DNA of 64,000 bases. Source: Lytechinus pictus. Lineage: Eukaryota. The stretch covers positions 45,386,001 to 45,450,000 of the forward strand of contig NC_087251.1 in the NCBI RefSeq assembly GCF_037042905.1, written 5' to 3'. The notes under the pieces are model-generated. The model was not told the DNA's origin. It worked only from the letters and a program-made list of their open reading frames with translations, and did not search any database. A program made the translations under genes and the position numbers. This document shows, in pieces, positions 25,061 through 38,484 of the stretch (positions are counted from its first letter, which is position 1; every line of letters begins with the position of its first letter).

Positions 25061-26559
25061 AGTGTTCCAATTTCTGTCATTTGATAACTGCTATGATACA
25101 AATCATTCTCTTAAAGGTAATTATGGTGTTTATTCTGGCTTTCAGAAAGCAGAAATATCACAATGATGATTTTGAAAAACAATAAACTGAAAACATGTTT
25201 TCTTTTATGCAATAATTATATGGTAAAGACTTTAGAATGGCAATCTCATTAGGGCATTTTCACGGTAACTGACATTACACGGCACAATGTTTCCACACCT
25301 TTCATTGTGTGTATCTCTAAAACAACAAATGATGGGAGTTTGCTTTTGATAGAGTTAATAAAGTGAACCTTGCTGTATACTCTGATACTAAGTTTTTCTA
25401 TGTAACCACATTTTTTTACGCATCAGCAAGCAAAAATGTGTCGGTAACTGACATTACGAAAAAGGACATGCAATTTTAGGGTGTTCATTAAAATTGGAAT
25501 ATCTCATGTCCCTGAGTAGATAGAGTAATAATTTGAATATGTAAATATACCTCCGTTACTAGGTTAAGATGTGTCAAAATATTAAACAATTTGTTTTTGT
25601 CTTTTGGGGGCTATGATAATTTTTCCGCAACCATGCTGGTAACTGATATTACGGTAACTGACATTACACTTAATTTGCCATAGAGATAACACATGGAAGT
25701 CAAATGTGTGGAATCATTGCATTGTATCTTCTGTGCAGGGCTTCACATGAAAGTGAGCTTGGTGTGGAAGTATACTCGAGTTTCTAGGAACATTTCAATG
25801 AAAAAAAAATTTCTTTTTCTTAATTCCTTTCTTTGATTTGAACATTTTTATCATTACTTGTCGGTAACTGACAATACACATTAACATTTACCAGTGCTAT
25901 ATGATTTTCAAAAGCATAATTTTCTTCGTACTTTTATGTGAGGCTTTTTAAAATCATAAAAGTTTCATAATACTTCACATTTTGAATTATCAAAAGATAA
26001 GAAATGTATGTTTTACTTACTCGGGGGGGGGGGGGGGGGGGGGGTCATTGCAGCTACATGTTTTCCTATAGTAATTTAATATTGCATTGACTGTACACAT
26101 GGATTTTTCTGACTATACACCCATAATATATTCATCAGTTTTATATTGAAGTTTTAAATCTTTTCCTTCTCCAACCTCCCCCTCCCCTCAAAAAAGGCAA
26201 AATGAATAAGGGTCTCCTCCCCTAGGCTACACGTACCCCTCCCCCGAATCTCATGCAGCCATGTAGTTTTATTGATTTCTATTCTGGTCAGTGCAAGCAA
26301 TGCTTGTTCATATCTGTCAGATTTCTATTCTCTTCATAATTTGTTTAATCATTTTCTTTGCTAATTTCTTTTTTAAGCTGTCAACAAAAAATAAACTCCA
26401 GCTTCTAAACTGAAACTGAACTATTTGTAAATTAGAAAAAAAAACCACAGTTTTAGTAGATCCATGCAACATTGATCAGAACTGTCAAATTTCACTTTTC
26501 ATCTATACTTGTATATAATTGTATCACACATCCACACTACTAACAGGCATAAAAACCAG

Positions 26560-27608
26560 GGGTGGTATTCTGAGATCCATTTTATCTCAGATAAAATAAA
26601 ACATTTTATCTCCGTTAAAATCAGTGAGATAAAATACCCTAAAAATCTCTCCAAATTGCTATTCTGAGAACAATTTTATCTTCATTTTATCTCTGCAAGA
26701 CATACCTATTTTTTAATCAATATCCAATTAGAAATGCGCTTTTATAACTCTCTCATTTCACTCAACCAATGGAAATCCATTCCGCTAGGTGTGGCGAAGG
26801 AGTGAGATTGCGTCAAATTTGTTGACTTCAATACCCTTGCACTATACGCTTGCGCATCTTTACAGAGATTTCTTTTTAACAACAAGTGGAATGCCTCTGG
26901 CCGTCTCACCTGCATCACGCGATTCAATATAGCAGCAGTGCTGATTTTGAAAACTACTATAACTCGCACAAGATGTTCAGTGATACTTGGTTACTCTGTT
27001 TTCCACGTTTTATGAACTAGACCAATACACTTATAGAGATATGATGGCAATTCAACAAATACCCCCAACGTGGCCAAAGTTCTTTGACCTTACATGACCT
27101 TTGACCTTGATCATGTGACCTGAAACTCGCACAGGATGTTCAGTGATACTTGATTACTATTATGTCCAAGTTTTATGAACTAGACCAACACACTTTCAAA
27201 TTTATGGCTGTAATTCAACAGATACCCCCAATTCGGCCAAAGTTCATTGACCCTAAATGACCTTTGACCTTGGTCATGTGATGTGAAACTCATGCAGGAT
27301 GTTCAGTGATACTTGATTAACCTTATGTATAAGTTTCATGAACTAGGTCCATATATTTTCTAAGTTATGATGACATTTCAAAAACTTAACCTTAGGTTAA
27401 GATTTTGATGTTGATTCCCCCAACATGGTCTAAGTTCATTGACCCTAAATGACCTTTGACCTTGGTCATGTGACATGAAACTCAGGCAGGATGTTCAGTA
27501 ATACTTGATTAACCTTATGGCCAAGTTTCATGAACTAGGTCCATATACTTTCTAAGTTATGCTGTCATTTCAAAAACTTAACCTCAGGTTAAGATTTGGT
27601 GTTGACGC

Positions 27609-27639
<31 letters not shown>

Positions 27640-27953
27640 GGAAAAGCGGCGCCTATAGTCTCACTCTGCTATGCAGGTGAGACAAAAATGGCAATACTCT
27701 CATCTTTTTTTCGAAGTCTATATCGCATCTTTTCAAGCATCATTTCAAAGCGCAAGCACATCACCCGCGTTGCAATGGCCAGATACGCGATGGGTATGTC
27801 TACGCAGCCACTGCTCTGTTGCGTATCATCATAAATACGCAAGATAAAATTTTGGATTTTATCTGAGAGATAAATGTCATCTCAGAATACCAATTTCATT
27901 TTAAGAGATAAAATTAAATATTTTAAAGATAAAATGACCTCAGAATACCGCCC
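26560..27953. mobile_element. PHIS-type MITE with CAG TSD, containing a HINE
   Basis: CAG|GGGTGGTATTCTGAG...CTCAGAATACCGCCC|CAG; subterminal GAGATAAAA repeats. Confidence 0.8.
26881..27688 (-). mobile_element. HINE-like element, near-identical to 9178-10130 minus one unit
   Basis: Same termini; nested inside two other elements. Confidence 0.82.
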
Positions 27954-29889
27954 CAGGAATTTACTTTTAGCGAGGCAATGCTCAAAAGAATCCTAGAAAC
28001 TAAAAAAGGGACCCTGGAAATCCCCTTCATCACAATGTTAAGCTTAAAAAAATATTGCAGATTTAGGCAATACAATAGCAAGCTCCTTCTGGTGTGACTT
28101 TTAAAGTGAAAGACTTGAATAACAAGTATACAATACTTCTTCACCATAAAATTGACCACATATTTGCATTTCAATATTGGTAACCAAAGTTTTATCATGG
28201 TAACTGACATTACATTTTTCACTTGGTAACTGACATTACATATATTCAATGGTACCCTATGGCTTCATTGTTAATTGGTAATCTTTAATTTTGGTGTAGA
28301 AGGGAGGGGTGTTACCTAGAGAGGAAATCTACCAAGTTTCATATAATTTATCCTCTTTTCCAAGAAAAGAGAAAAAAAAGTTCATGTTTTCGGTAACTGA
28401 CATTACATACCATATCACATATTTCATCAATGTTTTTTTATCAGATGAATGAATTACTGGTGTTTCTTTCTGTGGGATTTTAAAAAGTGTTATAATAGCA
28501 AGCTAAATCACAGGCGAAAACATCATGATCAAACCTGTTCTTTAAAAATCTGTCAAAACAAATTATGTATCAATATACTATTTTCAGCACTAATTTTTAT
28601 CCATACTTTGGCAGCCAATTTGAAATAAAAAATGGCTGCCAGAGTCGGAAAAAAATTTTGTCTCAGAAACTTCAGGTCTTGTATTATTAAAAAACATAAA
28701 GCATTTGACATGAATATCAACTTGATTTTTTTGCCTCTGTGTCCATCTGTGGTGAAAATGCCCATTAGTAGTATCATCATGCCTATTTAATATGATTCTC
28801 CCAACCTAGAACAATGCTGGAAGCTGATGTCCCACTTTTCAGTTTATTTTCTCTTCTTCTTCTTTTTTTTTTTGGGGGGGGGGCAATCAGATTCTTTTTT
28901 TACAATTTTTATTTATCTGTATAGGCCTACATGTATTTATTTGAATGTCCATATCCTCATTATTTTCATGATTAATTGGTCTATAAATTGGTTCTGCTCC
29001 CAAATATGGCATTGTTCTAGTACACTCAAAATTTTGAGTGTGAAACCGCACAAAGTCCTCTCCATGAGATTGGGCTATAAGTGGAATCAAATGCGTAGTG
29101 TGCTTCACCATTGAGATAGCAACTGAAACTGAAGCGTGTACCTGGAAGTGTTTCGAGCGCAGGGATGATCGGGATAATACCCCATATTAATTTCAAATCA
29201 ATGCTCAATGCCGAAACCCATGACAAGTATCGGTAACATGGCCTTCCATGCACCACCAAATGAGTGGTAACCTCCAGTTTATTAATGATCTAGACTTAAC
29301 TTTAATTGTCAGAATGGAAAAAATATGTGTAATCAAGAGGCTAAAACATGTGCGACTGTGAACTGAAAATCATGGCCCCAGAAACATGGACCTAAAAGGA
29401 ACTAAAATTAAAAGAGCTGGATAAAATGTCATCATGCAAGGAGGGGTAGTGAAAAAAAAAGAAAATATATATATTAAAATTTGTGAAAAAACTGATTGAA
29501 AGCATAAAATATCACACTGGCCAATCATTTCAAACATGTGTGTACCTCATGTTTGGAAATCTTTTCCACCATAAAAATGAAAGTGACATTTAATAACTCA
29601 ACTGGATTAATTTTGAGTGAATCATGGGAATAATGACGGTTTTACTGATTGCTGTTTGAATGATCGCTACAAAAACAACCCATTTCTTCTATACTGTGTA
29701 TGTAGACCTACAGTGTCCATGTGAATCTTTATTTCGTATTAGAATGTGCTGAATTCTACAAAGACCAGCCCCTCCCACATTTTGACACGTTCCTCTGCAC
29801 AATTTGCTTTCACATTATTTGACATATCAGGGTGGATGGTTGAACATTCATGAGGAAAAACTGGGCAGCTCAATTAACTTTTCTAGGAA

Positions 29890-30160
29890 CCATTTTTGCA
29901 CTGGGCAAAGCCGGCCCATACCTCTCCCCTTTTAAGAGGCACAATTAAAATTTGTAATGTAAAAATGCTGTTAAAACAGATGTGTGCCGACTGTGCCCCC
30001 CCCCCCTTTGATAGTGAAGACGTTTTTATTTTTTGTTTTATTTCCAAAATCTTTGCGTGGACGTAATGTCCTTTTTTTTGTTTTTGTTTTTTGCTTGTCA
30101 AATTTTTCCTCTGGGAAAATGTGCCCCCCCCCCATTTGGAAAATCCTGGATCCGCCCCTG
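29890..30160 (-). mobile_element. CAGGGGCGGATCCAGG-family MITE, left end decayed
   Basis: End similar to 45854-45930. Confidence 0.55.
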
Positions 30161-30692
30161 TTAATGATTTTAAAATGCAAATTTATAGACATGCATGTGC
30201 AAGTGTGTTGCATACTGCAGTACATGTATCTTCTTCTGGATTTCAGCCAGTTTGTGGTCTGTAGGAGCTCCATGTAGCTTTTCCATCACTGGAGTGGCTA
30301 GGTGATACACATCGGGGATTGTAAAACACAGGGGGATGCCATTCCATTGTCAAGTGCATGGTTATAATGTAAACATTATAAGTTTTGTGGTGGAGCGGGA
30401 GTGAAGACAGGCAGGCTGAGAATGGATTTGAATGTATCCCATTGCATGGGGGACCCTCTCCGTGCTGCAAACTGATCAATAAAGACAGCTGCGTAGCTGT
30501 GACAATGAATAAATGATGATGATGCCGTCAAGCAAACCACACTCGGGTTGCGATTCCTGTCATGTCATTGATTTCAACTTAATAGCCATATCGGGTGGTT
30601 CGTTAAAGGATTAGCTTGGTTACCACCTCAAGCACTCCCACTCCTCTTCCGATTGGAGATATTCTTCATTATCTTCACTGACAGACCACTCC

Positions 30693-30822
30693 AGGGTCCC
30701 GTAACACAAAGGTTAGCGATTGATCGTACGCCTGATTTTCACGATTGATTGCACATTGTAGTCAATGGAATCAATCATTAACAATATTCTACTATGATTG
30801 CTAAGCTTTGTGTTATGGGCCC
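30693..30822. mobile_element. Small palindromic MITE
   Basis: AGGGTCCCGTAACACAAAG...CTTTGTGTTATGGGCCCT inverted ends. Confidence 0.65.
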
Positions 30823-30957
30823 TTGATGGTGTTCTACAAAGATTGTAAGTGTGACTTAAGCTTTTGCCGAAGTGCCGCCACGCCCAAGTTCTTTAACACC
30901 TACTCTGATTGATGGATGCACAGTAACATGGATCCAGTGCGCATGATCTAACCAATG

Positions 30958-31108
30958 CAGGGGCCATGGAACGGTTTTCAGAGTGGGGGGGCTGAGACAA
31001 AAGTGGGGGGCTGACCATGCAAAAAATCACAATCCTTTGGTCATTCTTACGTTTTTGTACACGGTTTTGGGAAAAAGCCCCCCCCCCCCCCCGCTTCTGC
31101 GGCCCCTG
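30958..31108. mobile_element. hAT-like MITE with 5-bp TSD
   Basis: CAATG|CAGGGGCC...GGCCCCTG|CAATG. Confidence 0.72.
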
Positions 31109-31366
31109 CAATGTGGCGATGCATTATATACCACAGGTAATTTGAGATATAAAAGTGATTTTTAGTAAGACTTAAATCTGTGAGAAACACCTGCATGAAT
31201 ATATTCCATGGAGTTACAAGCATGGAGTTACAGAGAAACTCCATCCTAAGGTGTAGGCAGACCAGCAGTTCTGCTCACTATGAGTAGTATTTAGTAGTAA
31301 ACCCCTCCTACATGTATTAACAAGTTGAAGATCCGACCAAAAATGACACAGCAGACACCAATCAAT

Positions 31367-31846
31367 AGGTGGTTTCAAACCGCCCCGATCATAATTAAGA
31401 ATCCCCGTTAAATTACAAGAACATTTTTAGGCTAAAAAATACCCATTAATTATTTCTGCATTCACACCGCCCCAAAACATACCCTTCGGGATAAGTTCCT
31501 GAAGTTACGAGCATGCGCAGTATGGTCTGATAAGCAGGCAAGGCGCGAGATTCAAAATCACTAGCTCAGCAGCCACCCACGGTGCCCACGCTCAACTAAA
31601 CGCTGGGCTAAAAGTTCCCGTAAATTGCTTTCACATTGCCAAAATACCTGCGACCTTGGAAAAATCCCAGCGAAAGTTTTCGTAATTTTGACAAGTACCT
31701 GCTATTTAGTGGGTATTTTCTTTCGGGGAAATTACGCGTAGTTTGCTTTCACATTACCAAAATACCTGGTATTTTCTGATCGGGGTAAATTTCCCGATCA
31801 GAGAATACCTGGAACTGGCGAACTTCGAGGCGGTCTGAAACCACCT
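31367..31846 (+). mobile_element. Same ~475-bp MITE family
   Basis: AAT duplication on both sides. Confidence 0.9.
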
Positions 31847-33963
31847 AATGAGAAGGATGAAAATGACACAGAACTGGGAGCCTGACTGCTGGGATCCACA
31901 GCACTCTTCCATAATCTCGGATAAAGATTTAGTTTTATCAAAGAGTTTTATCATGGAGTAACTAGTAACTCTATGATAAAACTAAATCTTATAGGAATAA
32001 AGATAAAAACATGCCTTGAGTTACTAGCATATCTTCAGGGCTGATAGAGGTGTCACAGGACCTTGTGAAAACTGAAAAGTCACCATTATGATAACTTTGC
32101 CTTCCAATGATAACTTGCACAGAATCCCTGATTTTGATTGGCTGGTCGTTACAATTGGAAGCAAAGTTGACAAGATGGTCAGTTTTATGGTGGAGTCATG
32201 TCCACGGACTGCAGATCGAAAGGTACAGTACATGTACGGGGTTTCAAAACTTCAAATCCTGCTGCGGCACTGTACATGTACCTCTTGGCAAGACTTTGAT
32301 CTACAATTGCAATGTATGGAGGTTTCTTTTTACTTTTATAAAGGATTTAAATCCATAGCAGCTACATGTAGATAGGATGTCCACAGAAATTGTCGCTTGT
32401 CAAAGCACCACCATCAACAACATCAACTGCACATCAAAGTGAAATAACCATGTACAGGTGCCTGACAGGAATTTATTCTATGAAATGCAGAAGAGCCATA
32501 TTGGCAGCTATGCTTATATAAAGTCAGGGTTCATTGGGGATATCACTCAGACGGACATGAATACTAGAAAAGTATCCATCATTATCATCATGTTTTTCGA
32601 TTATTGAAAATAATTTAAAAAAAATCATGATCAATGTATGCAAAGAATCAAAAGATTTTGAATGAATATTAAAGACCATGTAACCAGTTGGAGGGGGGAT
32701 GAGTTACATACACATAGATTCTACTCAGTCACAGAGCAGTGAAGTATAAATCCTGATTTTGAACTGATTGAATGAAAAAACATTATACTAAAGTGCACTC
32801 TGAATACCATTTTTTTTCTTTTGCTTAATCTTCTTACATTTTATTTGTTTGAAACTACATGTACAGAACAGAGACAGATCAGTATTATCAAATAGATTTA
32901 CATTAAATGTACATGATCTCTTTTATGCAAATGTTACTTTGTAGCTTGATCTATTTGTAAATGCTTTAAGAATTCACATATACATGTGAGTAAATTTCAT
33001 ACAAAGTGCTATCAAATCAGGATTGGAGCATACATATAAAAAGAACATGCGCTAATAAAGAAAGCAAAATACAGGTACCTTTTATCAACTCCATGAAGTA
33101 CATGTGTAGCATACAAGTTATGAGAGTTTAAAAAGCAAGATGCTCAAAGGGACAGCATTTCTGTAGCTATTAGAAAGATTGAACTCTACATCAATTCCCT
33201 TCATCTTCAACAAAAAACGAACATCTCAAAACTTCAGGCTAATAACAAAAGCAGGAAATAACTGTTCAAAAACCGGAGAGAACAAACATGCACAATGTAA
33301 AGTATGAAATGGAAAGGTCAACTGCCCTGAAATAAACACATAATTCACATCCTATCTCCGTCATGGACAACAATCAATTTGTTACAATCCACGTCAGGAA
33401 ATCATACTCGATCAAATAGCCGATAATTGAACTACAGTGTACTGCAGTGAGGTTAATGATTCTCTATCATCAACCATCCCTCACCAAACTCATCAAATTT
33501 ATCAAAATGTCATTAAAATATCACTGCTTTGCTTGGGAGAGAATATATCTTAAATGGTGAGACATGGCACCTTTTACTATGTAGCCGAGGACGAGAGTGA
33601 TTCGATCAAATTCAATCAATCGTCTCGGTTTCTTTCCCCCGCTTAACCAGCCCTTAGAGTAAGCATGGCGGTCGGTCGTTTGGCCATGGGTGTCTTGTAT
33701 ATATCTGGCGTGCCAAATAAAGACACTAGTAGCCTACATGTTAGAAGCACTGTGTGGGCTGTCGATAAGCGGATACGTGAGCAGCAGTAGAGTTGAGACT
33801 GTGTCCCTCGCATATACTGTGAGTACACGCTGGCAGGAAGCGGGAGGGGAGTACATGTATGAATATCAGATAAATACCCTACATCTATATTAGTTACATT
33901 TTCTCCTATCCAATGGTGTGTAGAGTAAGCCTATGCAATACAAATTGAGGCTTATATCCTTGT

Positions 33964-34280
33964 GGAGCGTTGTGGCCCAGTGGATTAGTCTCCGGACTTT
34001 GAAACAGAGGGTTGTGGGTTCGAATCCCAGCCATGGGGTAATTTCCTTCGGCAAGAAATTTATCCACAATGTGCTGCACTCAACCCAGGTGAGGTGAATG
34101 GGTACCTGGCAGGAATTTATTCCTTGAAATGCGTGTGCGCTGTAATCTTAGTAATTACTGCTGCCAAGCTACAGCTGGGGTAATAATATCCAAGTCCTTT
34201 GGAAGCGCATAGAGACATTATTCATAATCGTGATATATGCGCTATACAAGAACTGTTTATTATTATTATTATTATTATTA
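33964..34280 (+). mobile_element. tRNA-derived SINE, family A, full length
   Basis: tRNA-like head with A and B boxes, shared core, (TAT)n tail. Confidence 0.88.
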
Positions 34281-35007
34281 AATGACAAAATTATAATGGA
34301 CAGATGATGTATATTTATTTTATGAGACATGATCTGCACAATGAGTATGGTCAAACTTTGTGTTCAGCAAATTTCCAAGTTTGATGGGTTTTCATATGTT
34401 AGGCAATTATTGGCAGGATCATGACAACAAAGAGGACTACAAAGAAAAACTGATAAACTAAACAAGAGAAATAGAATCGTATAATTTTAAATCAGTTCAT
34501 CATTGTACATAAATTTGGTGTCCATTAACTTGATGCTTTATAGGGTGTTTTGAGGATGTAAATTACACTCATTTATTTAACAGTGATTGTATTCTAAATG
34601 GCCAACTGTACTGATTTTTTGCACAAATTCAGATCTAATAAAGAAATATAAATTGGTGTCATACAATGCTTTGGGATTTATTGGAATACTAATTTCGCTT
34701 TATTTGAAAAAAACTGAATGCATTCCAAAGGGACCCCCAAAACAACAAATCTTTATTAAATAGCAAACCATTCAGGAGAAACAAATCAAATCAAGCAGCA
34801 ATCAAAGCACAAAAGTAAATAAATAAAACAATTAGCATAATTACGTAAAGAAGCTGGGAACTGAACTTATGTAAAACACACACGCAGGAAACAAATTACA
34901 CAGACTGCTTCCTCAATTATGATCTCATTGAATATTTTAGGCTACAATACTATTGACTTATTCATCCTGTCATAGATTTTTTTCGTTAAGAAAATCTTCC
35001 ACACATG

Positions 35008-35466
35008 GACACCATTGTCACTACCTTCCTAAAACTAGTTTACTGGAAACTAGTTTTGTGGAAATTGGTTTAACGTGTAGTGAGAATGGTCGAAGCGATC
35101 TTGGAAGCGATCTTCCAAACCGGTTCAGAAAACCACCTCGTGAAGTAGTTTTAAGGATTGCTTTGCCTCGTTACAGTAGTTTTAGCGTAAGTGAGGACAC
35201 AATCATTCTTCGGGAAGCGATCTTCACACATTTTGAGCGCGCTACTCCACACGACAGGTGTAGAATGCCTACGCTGCGGTTTCGAATTTTGCGTGGACCG
35301 TGTCACCCCACTGAGAGCGTTTCCATAGCAACAAGATCGCTTTACGTGAAGTGATTTTGAAAACCACTTTCGTGTGATCAAGTGGGAAAGCTACAGTGAT
35401 CTTCCAAACTGGTTTCCTGAATCGGTTTCCACAACTTGTTTTAGAAAGAGTAATGAGAACAGTGTC
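35008..35466. mobile_element. MITE with ~35-bp imperfect TIRs and GAAGCGATCTT repeats
   Basis: GACACCATTGTCACTACCTTCCTAAAACTAGTT inverted against AACTTGTTTTAGAAAGAGTAATGAGAACAGTGTC. Confidence 0.65.
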
Positions 35467-35659
35467 ATGATCATATTTCCCTACCAGTCATTTTTGCCTA
35501 TCAACTCTGAGCATCTGAACAATATATTTTTCAGAGATGAATAATGTGAAGAAAAAAATGAAGCAACATTGGCTAGAGATACACACCAACATACAACAAA
35601 TAATATTGGCAAAGATTAGAGAAAAAAAAATTGCAATAAAAGGCAGAGGATAGTCCCGT

Positions 35660-35822
35660 CAACATCGTCATTGTCATCGTCATCATCATCCTCCTCCTTC
35701 TCATCATTAACATTATCATCCCTAGAGTCACTACTGTCATCATCATCCTTCTCATCTTAATCATTCATCATCATCATCATCATCACCTGATCACCATTAC
35801 CCCACCACCATCATCATCATCT
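35660..35822. repeat. Degenerate (ATC)n microsatellite
   Basis: Imperfect CAT runs. Confidence 0.8.
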
Positions 35823-38097
35823 TCCCTGTTTCACCCGCTTGTAATGCAGAGATCTATCATCTTTTTGTTTGCCCCCTAACCACTGAAAATTGACTGACTG
35901 ACAAGAGGACGAGTATCAGGTGACTGTTGTATTCTCTGAAGAGCCTTGTTACCGATGGACAATCTCGAACTTTTACACATACTCAATCATCTCATCGCAA
36001 AACAGATGGGACTCTCCCAACTTCAACAGACGATTCTTTGCTCGCAGTGGTTAACCGGGGCGATCTTCGTGTTGTGATAGCGATCGCTGAAATACAGTAT
36101 GTGGCATAAACACGGGACTATTTATGGAGGTTTGTCCCCAGACACAGGATATATGCTTATGATGTAATATATCACAACCCATGAATGTCTCATCAAATAC
36201 GAGAATGGTTAAAGGGGAGACGCATACAGCATACGTGTAGACACAGTGATAAGTAGCAGTGAATTTCCTTTTATAATCTCGGAAACTTGATATTTATGGA
36301 ATTGACAATGTACTTTCATTTTGAACAGATAATTTACATGTACATACATGTATTAAATATGAAGCAAATAATTTTTAATCCATGCTACATGTCATACTAA
36401 ATTTGAAAAATTATATCAATATCAATGTGCAATTGTATGAGTTGAATATAAAAACTATGGCAATATCACTTCCTTTGCATGTGCATATGCAAGGAGTCAT
36501 AGCATCTGAGAGGGCTGGGTTGATCCGGGAGATTACATGTATCTGGCTGGATTTGGCCATCTTTTCTGCTTTAATTTTCACTACAGTACCCCGTGACGAA
36601 ATGGGATTCATATGAGAGTCTGCCAAGAGTTGTTCGCTGAATACCATAAGGGCAAGTTATCTGCACACAAACCCATTCAAAAAGGCTTGCTCTCAGAATG
36701 AAATCCCCGATCTCGCATGGCTATTGCATGAGATCTGAACTGGAAGATATATTGTCCAAAGAATCATGATTACACTAGGGTAATTTAATAGCTTGCTGGC
36801 TGTATAACAGTTAGCATTAATCGGTGAAGCCATGGAGCTGGAGCTGGTAGCTCCATAGTGAAAGTGATGCAGGTATTTCCAATAAAATATAAAAAAAAGT
36901 GATGGGCTGCCTCATTGTCTGAATCAAATAAATTTACACGTCAAGTTCAACTAACATAATCTATCGACAGAAAGAAAAGGGGACATACATGTAAATAGAT
37001 TATATTTAAAAACGAAAGAAATCTATGACATTGTGACATATGGATATTGCCTCAAAAGAGCTTACACATGCCTAACGTGTGTGAGAACTATGCAATGCAC
37101 CCTTAGGCAATGATTACTTCGAAAAATTTCCATCGTGCTTTCATTTACATGTAGCTTGCAAACTTTTAATTAGCATTGTTAGAAGTATTGCGACTCTTCA
37201 AATGGACTAGAAAGGGGAACTATGAAGCACACAGTATCATCATGAAAAGGTCAGACATAGCGGTTACTCACTTTTTTATTATGACACTAAAGGGCAAGCA
37301 AACTACATGTAGGCCTACATGTAGTCGATGTAGATACATGTATGTACAACACAACAAACTGCATTTTGATAATATTTTAAATATGTTTCTCAATAATATG
37401 ATTATTACAGAGAATATTGGCCATGCATCGTGATAACAGCAACCCAATGTCTGCAATTGGTATCGTACAGTAACATTACATCGCTCTGGTTCAAAATGTA
37501 CCGATTTCTGAGCACTCCAATATGGACTAGTTGAAAACAACTGTTATTGATTGATATGAAACAAAATTCTCAGGAGGAAATCGATACTCCCTCTGAAAAG
37601 TTTGCTGTACAGTCAGTATCAAATTTCAAACTTTGGTATATGTCAGCGATTGCCTAGATCACTTCTTTCTTCAGGCATACTGGGCAAAAATCAACATAAA
37701 TCAGATCACTAGCGCTGCCTCATACCATAGAGATCTGGCATAGTCTATATTAAACATCAACAAGTACTGAAATATGTTCATAAAACTATCTTGCGATTGT
37801 TATCTTAAAAATATCATCAAAATCTTTATCTATTTTTGTCACCATTATCGCTGCACAATACTTCAATTCAATTTTCAATTTATTTTTCTCAGTATAAAAA
37901 CAATATAAATAGTACAAACATGAAATAAATCAGACATCGACATAAATAAAGTGTTATACTGAAAGGGTAGCAGCCAAAAAGAAGTTAACCTTATGTACGG
38001 CCGACCCAATGAATAGTATCTTGATGAATTTAATTCTAAATTATTCATAATATCTGAATGTTGTATTTCACATCTGCATAGTTATAAATCAAAATCA

Positions 38098-38220
38098 TTG
38101 TCACCACCACCAGCACCACCATCATTTTTATCATTTTTCAATCATCTTCAATTCGTCATCATCACCACTAAAATCATCATCACCACTATAATCATCACCA
38201 CTAAAATCATCAAAACCAAT

Positions 38221-38252
<32 letters not shown>

Positions 38253-38484
38253 CATGACATCATCATCATCATCATCACCACCATCATCATCATTCATCAC
38301 CATCATCATCATCATCATCATAATCTTCATCATCATCATCATCATCGTCATCGTCATCATCATCTTCATCATTCATCACCATCATCATCATCATCACAAC
38401 CACCATCACTGGCACCCCACCTCCATTATTAACATCATTATCATTAAATCACCAATATCATCATCATCACCATCATCATCATCA
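38098..38484. repeat. Compound (ATC/CAT)n microsatellite, left flank of the LTR element
   Basis: Degenerate ATC runs organised in a ~240-bp higher-order unit. Confidence 0.95.

Larger units (their letters stand above)
25252..28763. mobile_element. Sola2-like non-autonomous element hosting nested insertions
   Basis: ATTA|GGGCATTTTCAC...GTGAAAATGCCC|ATTA: 12-bp TIR and 4-bp TSD; repeated GGTAACTGACATTAC motif. Confidence 0.78.

Noticed and set aside
33964..34035. Possible tRNA genes (also 20565-20635 and 39906-39944)
   Set aside because: The first two run into SINE bodies and tails; the third is a half-tRNA complement in PBS position.
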